Assembly: GCA_963787835.1 (NCBI GenBank)
Contig: CAWBEI010000003.1
Coordinates: forward strand, 352,001-416,000
Length of the DNA: 64,000 nt
Direction of reading: 5' to 3'
Origin: Ignavibacteriota bacterium
GTDB lineage: Bacteria > Bacteroidota > Ignavibacteria > Palsa-1295
Positions 48,493 through 57,979 of the stretch are shown here, piece after piece. The translations under genes were made by a program, and so were the position numbers. The number at the start of each line of letters is the position of its first letter. Position 1 is the first letter of the stretch. Under the pieces are notes generated by a model that was not told where the DNA came from, did no database searches, and saw nothing but the letters and a program-made list of their open reading frames with translations.

Positions 48493-51400
48493 TTAGCGGG
48501 AAATCTGCAAATGATCGGATTTCACGATCGATGGTGTGCGAAGAGTATAGACATACGTTCCGGCAGGGAGCTTGCTGATATCCGCGCTGACAGTGTACGA
48601 TCCAGGCTGCGAATATGCATCAACAAGCCGGAGGACTACGCGGCCTAATACATCATAGATGATCAGTGTCGTCGGTCCCTGCTCGATGAGATTGTAATTG
48701 ATCTGAATACTATTAGTGGAAGGATTCGGTATGGGTTCGCTGAGCGAAACCGTTCCATTGGGATCGATAAGCCGCGCCCCTCCCTGATAGCAAAGATTGC
48801 TGAGACAGAAATTCCCATTTTGCACCGTCACGGAGATGTTCGGTGTGCTCCACGCGAAGGAATCGATGGTGACGCCGGTGCAACTGTCATCGCCAAGTGC
48901 GGCAGTGAACGGAAGATTCATCAGTACTCCATTGGTTGCCGAACTCGACCCGGTGTATTCCACGATCAGATCGTCCCCACTCACGCTCATTGATGCGAAC
49001 GAGCCCGCTGTTGGTATCAGCAACGTCCTGTTAAAGCGAAGTTTTGCCGTGAACGAGCGATTAACGCCGGCTGGAAGGCTCGTCGAACTAAGGATGCTAA
49101 GCGGAAGCGTTATCTGTGCAGACTCTGCCGCAAACACCATCGCAGGAACCCCGATAAGCGTCGAGCCTGCATTCGAGAATGGCAGTGAAGTATTGGAGCA
49201 TCCGTTAGCGTCGGTAATGGTCACCGTATAATTCCCGCCTGTCTTGGGCGTATCGTTCTGGGTCGTCGCGCCGGGGATTGGGACGCCGTTCAGCGACCAT
49301 TGATAACTCACGGCAGGTGTCGAAGTCAATATGTTATTTGCAGAGGTAATAACGGGCTGCGTCGGAATGGGATTGATCGTGACCGAAACAGGCTGTGAAG
49401 TTCCCTCGCATCCGGCCGCATTGGTGACCTGCACGGAATAGCTCCCCGTGCTCGTCACCAATATCTTTTCGGAAGTCACGCCAGGCATCGGATTGCCATT
49501 GTTGAGCCATTGATACGTCGCGAACCCTGCTCCGGCGTCAAGCGAAACGCTATCGGGCGCACAGACGGCGATCGGCCCTGCTGGCGCGATCTTAGGCGTT
49601 GCCGGTGAGGAGATGATCGTATCCGGCTGTGACGTTGCGGAGCATCCTACTCCGTCATCAACGGTAACAGTATAAATTCCAGCTTTGTGAACGGTGATCT
49701 GCTTCGTGGTATCGCCGGTGGACCAGAGATAGCCTCCGAAATTCGCGTTTACGCTCAATAGAACAGAATCCGTTGCCGTGCAAAGGATCGATTTTGATGT
49801 AACAATTACCGGAATCGCTCCCTTTGTGAACGAAAGCGAAAATAGCGGGGAAATATTGTTCGGAATCGCACAATCTCTCGCCATTATCACGGCGCTTGCG
49901 CACATCGAAGGATCGACAACCGTTACGTCGAAGTCAAATGTGGACGAACATGGCACAGACTGTGGCAATGCCGGATTTGTGGTAACATTGCTTGACTTTG
50001 ACATCCAAACGGAATCGATCCCACGATCCCACGACCGCGTTTCGGTGACATGAACATGCCATGTACTTGTTGCAGTATCAAACGGTTGGGCTGTAATGTT
50101 CGGAGGAGTGGTGTCCTGAGTAGTACAATACGTGATGGTATCGTAGGAAAAATTGTGCGACGTGTCGTTTGCTCGAAGAATGATCATTCCATCCTTCAAA
50201 GAATCCGTTACACACACTTCCAACGAGTCGCGTAGAATGTTGGGTGGATAGTAGTATCGGAATCCTACCATATTGGGTACCAGCATATTCACCTCCGATA
50301 CAACAACGAGGGAGTCAAGTCCGCGATCAATGCTTGTATCGCTTCTTGCGCTATCCGTTAGGATAAAACCTTGACAGAGGGAATGGCAACTATCCGCCGG
50401 AGTAACATTCCAGAAACGAGGTGCCGTCCGGTCCGGAAGCGGCGGATGCGCCGTAAAGCAGATCGTATCTCTGCTGACGTTATCGGCACAATCTGTGAAC
50501 GTCAGGACCACGTGGCCGGAATGGATCGTATCAACCTGCTGAACGAAGATCTTTGCAGAAGTGCCGATGCATTTGTAGGGCGGCGGCGGATTGAACGTAA
50601 CGCTATACTGATTCGCATTCAGGTCAGGAGACGCATAAGTAATATCCTGAAGGCCAAGATCGTAGAGACCGTTATCCTGCGCAGTGATGGTATCGTTAAA
50701 GATGGAGTCGCACCCAGCGAATGAGTTATGGAATGTGGGCGGCGTGGTATCGGGATGCGCGCAATCCACCTCTATCGAGCAATCCCACGGATTGATAAAG
50801 ATCGGCGTATCTACGCCGTTAGCCTTTACTTCGAAATTAATATCGACCGGGAACGATGAAGTACATCCCGATGGAAGCACGATTGCAGAATCCGTCCAGG
50901 AAGCTTCTGCAACCCCACCGAATCCGATCGTTCCAATCGACTGAAGTTGCGTCGTATCCTTGGGAAGCCCGGTTGGCAGCGGGTTCGTGATCCTGATGGG
51001 GTCGCTAACGGTTTGCCGAATGGTGGTCCCGCTCGCTTGTCCTGCATTATCGGTAAACAAAAATGTTTCGACGTTGAACGGATTCGGCGTATAGGTCAAC
51101 CTGACGGGATCCCATGTGATATGCTGAGGATAGAGTGCAAAGCCAACGATATTCCCATGATCGTAGCACCATTCCGGAGTTCCATAGGCCGTCCGAAAGA
51201 TCTCGGTTACACTATCGCTCACGCCGGCGCCGAACGCGCTGGCGGAATAGGACTGGCCGATCATCAGCGCCGCTTCATCTGAAAAATTTGGCGTTGGGGA
51301 TTCGAAACCCCATGTATAATAGACCATCTCCGGCCAGTTTCCGAATTCGATATTCGTGATCGGAAGCAAGTTCAGCGGCGTGGTACAAATGTATCGTTGA

Positions 51401-52082
51401 GATACCCGATCCCAACGGTCCCTAGTTTCACATTGCTCGGAGCATATTCGAACGCTAAAAAGAAACTTGGAATAGGATTCGGCGGGCATTCCTGCCAATT
51501 CCGAATATAGCCATAGCGGTTGATGATAAAGGGATTATCGTTCGCAGAATCTGGTGCGTCACTATTAAAATTATCCAGAAGATACTCCGCCTGAGCCGGC
51601 AGTGCATTCGTCAAGTGGTTGACGATCTTAACGCTGATTACGATAACGCCGCTACTCGTAAATGCAACGGGGAAAGCATCCTGAACGATATCGAACCCCT
51701 GCTCTTGCCAGATCGTCCGAAGAGTATCTTTAATTTTCGCGGTCTGCGGATTTGCTAATGTAACATCGGGTGGATGGGTATTTCCATTCGACCCGATGAA
51801 CTCAGCATTCGGGTTATCGCTATAATACAAACCGTTCACTTCAACTGTAAGGAATGACTCGTCGGCATAGGTAAGCGCATCCCCGTTCGCCGGAGGGCCT
51901 TTGTAGATCGTCAGTAACCCATTGATCTCTTTTACACTAACGAACTGGTTTTGGGTCACCTGTTGCGCATCCGCAACGCCAGAGCAAACAAGGACGGCTA
52001 CGACCACAAGCAGGATCGGCGTTCGCAGGAGCATCGAAAATAATGATGCGCGAATGGGTTTCAATCGGTGATTTGGTCGCAA
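48493..52082 (-). CDS. Large T9SS-secreted Ig-repeat protein (~1190 aa), split by a 1-nt frameshift near 51382
   Basis: The signal peptide (ADA|Q) is in ORF 51372..52082 and the CTD (PIPNPS...IYDVLG...LPAGTYVY) in ORF 48493..51498. Adding one C gives ...NDTFVPTPLNLLPIT... The start may be ATG 52034. Confidence 0.82.
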
Positions 52083-52183
52083 AATGGTTGGGATCCTGAA
52101 AGCTGAGGCTACGTTCGTCTTTTAATTAACTGTATTAAAACTAAGACATTCTCGCCATAATTCCGCAGATGACAGGTCGGCAG

Positions 52184-52555
52184 TTACTCAATTCCAACGA
52201 GCACACAATGAACTTCGCTATCTTTATTAAGGTAATATGCCGCACAGGTCCGGTGATAGCCATCCGCAATAAAGAGCTTATCGTTCTTTCGCACGAGTAA
52301 AACGGGCACAAGTGGAATTTCTTTAAGTATCTTCACAAATTCTGCCCGAACATCCTCGTTCGTTTCCGGCAATAGTTGAGTTTGTGACGCACGCAGGACA
52401 TCCTTGGCTTTAAATTGCTCGATCACGTCTCGATGTTTTTCAAGTTTCTCGGCTGCGGCATCGACCGCCTTTGTGTTTAAGACGAGTTTTAGATATTCTT
52501 TCGCTGCCGCGATGTCCTTTTTTGTAACTTTTGGAGCCCACTTAATTTCGTTCAT
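52184..52555 (-). CDS. Stand-alone ParB/sulfiredoxin-like domain protein
   Basis: PVLLVRK...FIADGYHR motif; likely start ATG 52555. Confidence 0.65.
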   Translation of the reverse strand: MNEIKWAPKVTKKDIAAAKEYLKLVLNTKAVDAAAEKLEKHRDVIEQFKAKDVLRASQTQLLPETNEDVRAEFVKILKEIPLVPVLLVRKNDKLFIADGYHRTCAAYYLNKDSEVHCVLVGIE

Positions 52556-52754
52556 AAATGTTCGGAATGATTCTCTGTTACGCACTAATTCCCATATTAC
52601 CAAAGTGCATTGATTTGTTAACACAAACTTATCCAAGAAAGTAAATTCTTTCTGCGCGATGTGGTGTAGTATGCATACAACGAGCGATCGGCAACGGACG
52701 CTCTGTGTCTATATAAAAAATCGTTTTACACACTAACCTTCAAAGAGGATACCT

Positions 52755-53102
52755 ATGATCGCAATGCAGATGAAATGGGAAGGCGTCACGCCCGAACAAT
52801 ACCATGAATTGAACAACATCTTGAATATCACTGAAGTACCGCCGGAAGGTCTTCAGATCCACATAGCATTTTCCGATGGCAACAACCTGCGCGTTCAGGA
52901 TGTGTGGGAAAGCCAAGAGTACTTGAATGCGTTCAGCGAACATCGTCTGATGCCCGCTGTCATGCAGCTTGGCATCACGGCACAGCCACAGATGGAAATC
53001 TATCCTGTGATTAGCCTTAAGACTCCGGGTTTTGTTTCGACATCCGATGTCGAAATGGATGAAGAAGTCGAGATGGAAGAAGAACTCGAACCGGCCGCCT
53101 AA
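52755..53102 (+). CDS. Hypothetical protein, ABM/dimeric alpha-beta-barrel-like, with acidic tail
   Basis: GVTPEQY...PPEGLQIH...VQDVWESQE..NAF pattern. Confidence 0.6.
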   Translation: MIAMQMKWEGVTPEQYHELNNILNITEVPPEGLQIHIAFSDGNNLRVQDVWESQEYLNAFSEHRLMPAVMQLGITAQPQMEIYPVISLKTPGFVSTSDVEMDEEVEMEEELEPAA

Positions 53103-53119
53103 TTTCGGTTCCCAGTTTT

Positions 53120-53154
53120 GAAACACCGCTTTGCAAATAGCAGAGCGGTGTTTC
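53120..53154. terminator. Hairpin between convergent genes (probable bidirectional terminator)
   Basis: GAAACACCGCTTTGC-AAATA-GCAGAGCGGTGTTTC. Confidence 0.8.
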
Positions 53155-53159
53155 CTCGT

Positions 53160-54125
53160 TTAGGAGAGTTTCAAGATCGTAATGAGGGATGTTACCGCAA
53201 CGATGATCCAAAGCAACACCCCCATCATAAGCGGACGCACTCCAACATTTTTCAATGCCTGCCGGGAAAGTCCGGCGCCAATGAGAAATAGAGTCAGCGA
53301 GAGAAGCGCTTTTGCAACGGTAATTATGCCACCGTAAATTTCGCTCCCATCTGGTAAAAGTGTTCGAACCAGGGATGCTACTACGAAAAGTGCAATGAAC
53401 CATGGAATCTGAAGTTTGGGCGTGCCAACAAGCTCATTTTTGTGATGCGCCCGGTCGTAGCGTGCTTCCAGATAGGCAAAAAAGAATGCAACTGGAATGA
53501 TCCAGAGTGCGCGCGTGAGTTTTATCGTTGTTCCAACTTCGAGAGCGTGTTTGCCATAGCTTGCTGCTGCCCCAACTACGCTCGAGGTATCGTGAATGGC
53601 AAGTGCAGCCCACAATCCGAACGAGTCCTCCGTCATGGCAAAAGCGTGCCCGATGATCGGAAAAAGGAACAGCGCAATTGCGTTTAGAATGAAGACCGTT
53701 CCGAGCGAGACCGACATTTCTTCATCGTTGGCCTTGATAACCGGACCAACCGCCGCGATCGCGCTTCCTCCGCAAATAGCGGTGCCAACTGCGATCAACA
53801 TTGATGCTTTACGCTCGACCTTTAGCGCGCGCCCTATCAGCATCCCGATCGCAAGCGTCGCACTGATCGTTATCAGCGTAATAAAAAATCCGTGTGCGCC
53901 CACGCGGAGTACCGTCGTAAAATCAAGCCCGAATCCCAATCCTACCACTGCCGCCTGCAAGGTGTACTTCGAGGCAAGCTTCGATGGTTTTGGAAAAGGG
54001 TTCCCAACGGAGATCGCCATCGCGATCCCTAACAACAGTGAAAGCGCGGGACTGCTCCACTGCGAAAGCGCGAATAGGACAAGCATCCAAAAGAGAACGG
54101 CACGAAATTGTGACATGAGCGACAT
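53160..54125 (-). CDS. YeiH/YadS family putative sulfate exporter
   Basis: GTAICGGSAIAAV, FGLWAALAIHDTSSVVGA, KLTRALWIIP and IPWFIALF; likely start ATG 54125. Confidence 0.9.
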   Translation of the reverse strand: MSLMSQFRAVLFWMLVLFALSQWSSPALSLLLGIAMAISVGNPFPKPSKLASKYTLQAAVVGLGFGLDFTTVLRVGAHGFFITLITISATLAIGMLIGRALKVERKASMLIAVGTAICGGSAIAAVGPVIKANDEEMSVSLGTVFILNAIALFLFPIIGHAFAMTEDSFGLWAALAIHDTSSVVGAAASYGKHALEVGTTIKLTRALWIIPVAFFFAYLEARYDRAHHKNELVGTPKLQIPWFIALFVVASLVRTLLPDGSEIYGGIITVAKALLSLTLFLIGAGLSRQALKNVGVRPLMMGVLLWIIVAVTSLITILKLS

Positions 54126-54215
54126 ATAGGTAAATTTGGCAATGGATGGTTCTCGCAGGAAACCGAACATCCTGCACTTTGTTTTGAATGAAGTCTTTTT
54201 CAAACAACCTTATTT

Positions 54216-54905
54216 ATGCAAAACTTTTTCGATCGTCTGGACGCCGCTATTGCGGAATATTCACTGCTCAAACATCCATTTTATCAAGCCTGGAGCGCCG
54301 GAACGCTCACTCCGGAAACGCTCAGAACGTATGCGGGGCAGTATTACCAATTTGAAAGCCGCTTCCCAACCTTCTTGAGCGCTGTGCATGCAAATACCGA
54401 GAGCATTACTCACCGCCAGCAATTGCTTGAAAACTTAATGGAGGAAGAACGCGGCGAAGTCAACCATCCTGAATTATGGCTCCGTTTTTCAGACAGCTTG
54501 GGTGCAACCCGCGATGAGATCAAGCACGCTGTTGCATTTCCGGAAACTGCAAACCTGATCGACACGCTCCGCACGATCACTCGTGAGAATGATACCCTCG
54601 AAGGAGTCGCAGCACTCTATGGATATGAATCGCAAATTCCTGAAATATCTCACACCAAGATCGAGGGGCTTACCACACATTACAATGTGACAACCGATAC
54701 CGGACTAGCATTCTTCCGTGTACACGAACAAGCGGACGAAATGCATCGCCGCGCAGAACGAGATCTGCTCGCTGAATTAATTCAATCCCGCGAAGATGAA
54801 GACCGGGCTATCGCTTCGGCGCAACGCGTGGCCATCGCATTCTGTGGAATGCTCGATGGGATCGTCCGCGAGTGCGACGTGGACTGCGCGGTCGTCGCAA
54901 ACTAA
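54216..54905 (+). CDS. CADD-family heme-oxygenase-like dimetal enzyme (putative pABA synthase)
   Basis: LLKHPFYQAWSAG, ENLMEEE...NHPELW, ALYGYESQIPEI..TKIEGL and FFRVHEQADEMH, collinear with Chlamydia CADD (CT610) as recalled. Confidence 0.87.
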   Translation: MQNFFDRLDAAIAEYSLLKHPFYQAWSAGTLTPETLRTYAGQYYQFESRFPTFLSAVHANTESITHRQQLLENLMEEERGEVNHPELWLRFSDSLGATRDEIKHAVAFPETANLIDTLRTITRENDTLEGVAALYGYESQIPEISHTKIEGLTTHYNVTTDTGLAFFRVHEQADEMHRRAERDLLAELIQSREDEDRAIASAQRVAIAFCGMLDGIVRECDVDCAVVAN

Positions 54906-54917
54906 AGTTTGCGCTAC
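54896..54917 (-). repeat. REP-like palindrome, third copy
   Basis: GTAGCGCAAACTTTAGTTTGCG on the - strand; contains the CADD stop codon. Confidence 0.8.
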
Positions 54918-54929
54918 ATCCGGTTCCAA

Positions 54930-55268
54930 TTATTTCGTAGCAATTACGGTAGCGAGTTCAATGGGGTTGCCCCAATGATGCGCTCCGAGTTGCGTGGAAT
55001 CTAATTGACCGGTAAAGGCAATTCTCAGGCCGTCTGTCCGAAATCTTACATCGAGATTTTTGGGTTCGAACTGACCACCCTTGTCAGTGAGAATACCATA
55101 AAATCCCCCATTTGATTCTCGAAAAACAACGGTCCCACCGGAAGACACAGCCGCCTGCTGTGTGATCTGACCTGCCTTACTTGGGCCAGTGGTATCGCAT
55201 CCCGCGATCGACACGTTCAGCATGATAGCCGTAACTACCATGATTCCTAATGACTTACACGTTTTCAT
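54930..55268 (-). CDS. Small putative lipoprotein
   Basis: Lipobox IAG|C; GTVVFRESNGGFYGI...PKNL...DGLRIAFTG. Confidence 0.65.
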   Translation of the reverse strand: MKTCKSLGIMVVTAIMLNVSIAGCDTTGPSKAGQITQQAAVSSGGTVVFRESNGGFYGILTDKGGQFEPKNLDVRFRTDGLRIAFTGQLDSTQLGAHHWGNPIELATVIATK

Positions 55269-55410
55269 GGCTTTTCAAGAGTGGAATTGATTCCAGAAGC
55301 ATTCCCATAATCATTCCTGCTCCTATTAGAATAACACGCCAACCCGCTCAGAGTTACATGATGTTAATAACTTTTCAGTACTCAATTACTACTTAGTTGC
55401 TGCCTGACAG

Positions 55411-56097
55411 CTACTTTGCAAGGCTGAAAAATTCCGTTTTCTCGAACGAATGGATGAGGATGGTTCCGGCTCGCACCAACCCGACAAGGATCTTCGATGC
55501 CCTTCGTTTGCTGATATTGACAAGGTCGGCAAACTCTTCAACCGTGATCCTTTCGTGGCGTTCGAGAAATTGGAACAATACTTTTTCATTGTAACCGATC
55601 GAAAGTTTCAGTGGTGCGCCGTGGGGAGCCTGGCCACGCATCACGCTCATCATTTCTCGGCTGGCCTGCACGGATTTATCTTCGAAGCGAACGAACCCGG
55701 TGTGCGATTGCTCTTTCATTCGCTTACCCGACGCATCATACTCCACCAGCGTATGTGGCTTCGTGGCACTTTCGGGAACTCGGACGAGCACAACATCTAA
55801 ACCACGGCCTGCGTGAACGTTCTCCGTGATAATCTCGACGGGAGGCTCGATCATCCATCGTGCGGCATGTTCGATCTCTTCGAGTTCAGATTTTTCGCTT
55901 CGCACGCCAACGACGGTTCCATCGTCATCCACGCCAAAGAGCAGGTAACCGCCCCGTGTATTCGCGAACGCAATGATCTCCCGGGCAATTTTTTCCGGTG
56001 ACGAGAACTGCCGCTTGAATTCGACGTCCGAGCCTTCGCCGGATTCGATCAGGTCATACAGTTCGTGCCGACGGATCGGATTAGATATGGGTCGCAT
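55411..56097 (-). CDS. Schlafen/AlbA_2-domain protein with C-terminal winged HTH
   Basis: GEGSDVEFK...IAREIIAFANTRGGYLLFGVDDDG; ITVEEFADLVNISKRRASKIL; likely start ATG 56097. Confidence 0.85.
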   Translation of the reverse strand: MRPISNPIRRHELYDLIESGEGSDVEFKRQFSSPEKIAREIIAFANTRGGYLLFGVDDDGTVVGVRSEKSELEEIEHAARWMIEPPVEIITENVHAGRGLDVVLVRVPESATKPHTLVEYDASGKRMKEQSHTGFVRFEDKSVQASREMMSVMRGQAPHGAPLKLSIGYNEKVLFQFLERHERITVEEFADLVNISKRRASKILVGLVRAGTILIHSFEKTEFFSLAK

Positions 56098-56108
56098 CGT
56101 TTTTCCTA

Positions 56109-57035
56109 TTAATGCAAAATAGTGTCGCCGACTCCAGTAATGCACAGATAAATCGTGTGTCTCGAAAGGAGATAACATGCTTTAGTCTGATAGACGAAAC
56201 TTTCGAACGATGATGTATCGGATGTATCGGATCGCACGATCTTCCATGCGCCTTGCGTCATTAGGGTTCCAGATTGAAATAGGTAAACAAAAGGTTGATC
56301 GGCAGCGAGGGCATAGATCTTTCCACCCCATGATGAGATCGAGCGCACCATTCCTGGCAACGAAATCCTCGAAATAAAGTTACCCAAGTTATCGTACTCC
56401 ACAAGCGATGTTCCACCATTATCGAGGACGATCAAATGCTGCTGGTTATCTATCGCCAGCGCAACAGGATTGGAAAGAATAGCTTCAGGCCGCGTTGCGT
56501 CCGAAAAACCACCGATGGTGCGTTCGATGGAATAATCCGACCGGGCTTTCACCACACGCTTGTTCTCGCCATCGGCGACATAGATATTTCCGCCATCATC
56601 GACCGCAACCGCCGCAGGGTAACCAAATCGGGTCGAACGATCGATGTTCTCTCGCGTGTAAAGCGTTCCCGTGTAGGTAAAATCCTTGTTGTATTGCTCG
56701 ATGCGATGATTAAAGCGATCGGAAACAAAGATAGCATTCGTTAAATGTGCGTCTATTCCAGAAGGATCATTAAATTGATAATGGTCATCTCCAAAACCAC
56801 TTAGAGAATGTAAGCTATCACCTTTGATCGAAATCTTTACAATGGAGTTATTTGAAGATTCCACAATATACGCATTCCCAAACTGATCCGTGGACATAGC
56901 CGTAGCATCACGGAAGTCATGATGCATCGCTAATGCCGTAATCGTCGCGGTTATGCCGACATAGCCCGCGCTAACCGGATGTGAAGATGAGCACGCAAGA
57001 CAGCATAGAACCGATAAATAGCAAAGAAACTTCAT
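56109..57035 (-). CDS. NHL-repeat beta-propeller (putative lipoprotein)
   Basis: FNDPSGID...IFVSDRFNHRI, FGYPAAVAVDDGGNIYVADGENKRV; CLA|C lipobox. Confidence 0.8.
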   Translation of the reverse strand: MKFLCYLSVLCCLACSSSHPVSAGYVGITATITALAMHHDFRDATAMSTDQFGNAYIVESSNNSIVKISIKGDSLHSLSGFGDDHYQFNDPSGIDAHLTNAIFVSDRFNHRIEQYNKDFTYTGTLYTRENIDRSTRFGYPAAVAVDDGGNIYVADGENKRVVKARSDYSIERTIGGFSDATRPEAILSNPVALAIDNQQHLIVLDNGGTSLVEYDNLGNFISRISLPGMVRSISSWGGKIYALAADQPFVYLFQSGTLMTQGAWKIVRSDTSDTSSFESFVYQTKACYLLSRHTIYLCITGVGDTILH

Positions 57036-57037
57036 CG

Positions 57038-57610
57038 CTAAAATCTCAATGTGAAACTCATCCCCACAGTCCGAGTGGCAGGATCATAATACGATTGGAT
57101 CTGGCTCGGGCTTGGATTACTGACGTCGAAATCATAGAGATTCGCAGAAACATAGGCATCGATCAAGTCAGCAATATAGGTAAGCCCAAGATAGATCCAC
57201 CATTTATCGCGGTCGTTACGGTAAAATTCCCGGTTATCTGCGTAGGCCTGGGCAAGGTTATAGGCACGAAGCGAATCGGGTCCGAATTCTCTCGCCGTTT
57301 CAAAATTAACGGAATCGATCATTGCATGATACCGGGAATTTTGAATATACACGCCATACACAAATCCTCCGATCAAGCCATAGATGATAGGTAGTTTCCA
57401 TGCCTGATCGAGATAGACTTGCCCCGCGCCGGGAATCGCCGCACTCAGCAATACCGCTTCCAGCGGTGATTTTGTCATGTGAAACGCGCCTGTGTCCGCA
57501 GCGACTACGGTGGTGTCACGCATCGAACTCAATACGGTGGATTGACCAAGCGCCGCGTGAGTTGATGCAAGGATTGAGCATGCTGCAATTATGTAAGCGA
57601 CGCGGTGCAT
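57038..57610 (-). CDS. DUF5683-family protein
   Basis: KSPLEAVLLSAAIPGAGQVY...WKLPIIY...IDAYVSANLYDFD; usual position downstream of parB in Bacteroidota. Confidence 0.8.
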   Translation of the reverse strand: MHRVAYIIAACSILASTHAALGQSTVLSSMRDTTVVAADTGAFHMTKSPLEAVLLSAAIPGAGQVYLDQAWKLPIIYGLIGGFVYGVYIQNSRYHAMIDSVNFETAREFGPDSLRAYNLAQAYADNREFYRNDRDKWWIYLGLTYIADLIDAYVSANLYDFDVSNPSPSQIQSYYDPATRTVGMSFTLRF

Positions 57611-57978
57611 TCTATCTCCACGCGGGCCGATTTCGGAAGCGCGACGACCTGCACGGTGCTGCGCGCCGGCCTCGCGGTACCAAGCGCAATTTCATATACC
57701 TTGTTGACCGCCGCAAAATCAGCCATGTTCGTCAGATAAATGGTCGTCCGGGCAACATGCGCGAAAGTTGCACCGACCTCCTGAAGCACCGCCCACAGAT
57801 TACGCATGACCTGCTCGGTCTCTTTTTCTATGGTTCCCTGCACCAATTCGCCGGTTGCAGGATCGATCCCGATCTGACCGGAACAAAAAAGGAAGTCGCG
57901 AGAACGAACACCCTGAGAATATGGCCCAATGGGTTTCGGTGCGTTTGCGGATAAAATAGGTTCGAGTAAGCTTTCCAT
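57589..57978 (-). CDS. ridA: RidA (YjgF/YER057c/UK114) enamine/imine deaminase
   Basis: APKPIGPYSQG, SGQIG and PARSTVQVVALPK..RVEIE; start ATG 57978. Confidence 0.92.
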   Translation of the reverse strand: MESLLEPILSANAPKPIGPYSQGVRSRDFLFCSGQIGIDPATGELVQGTIEKETEQVMRNLWAVLQEVGATFAHVARTTIYLTNMADFAAVNKVYEIALGTARPARSTVQVVALPKSARVEIECTASLT

Positions 57979-57979
57979 G

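Noticed and set aside
51372-51498. Two separate genes at 48493..51498 and 51372..52082
   Set aside because: One part has the signal peptide and the other the CTD, and a single added base fuses them.
55411-56097. Schlafen anti-phage effector
   Set aside because: It is a short AlbA_2-HTH form at the end of the parAB-ridA-DUF5683-NHL run with host-like composition, and no defence-island context.
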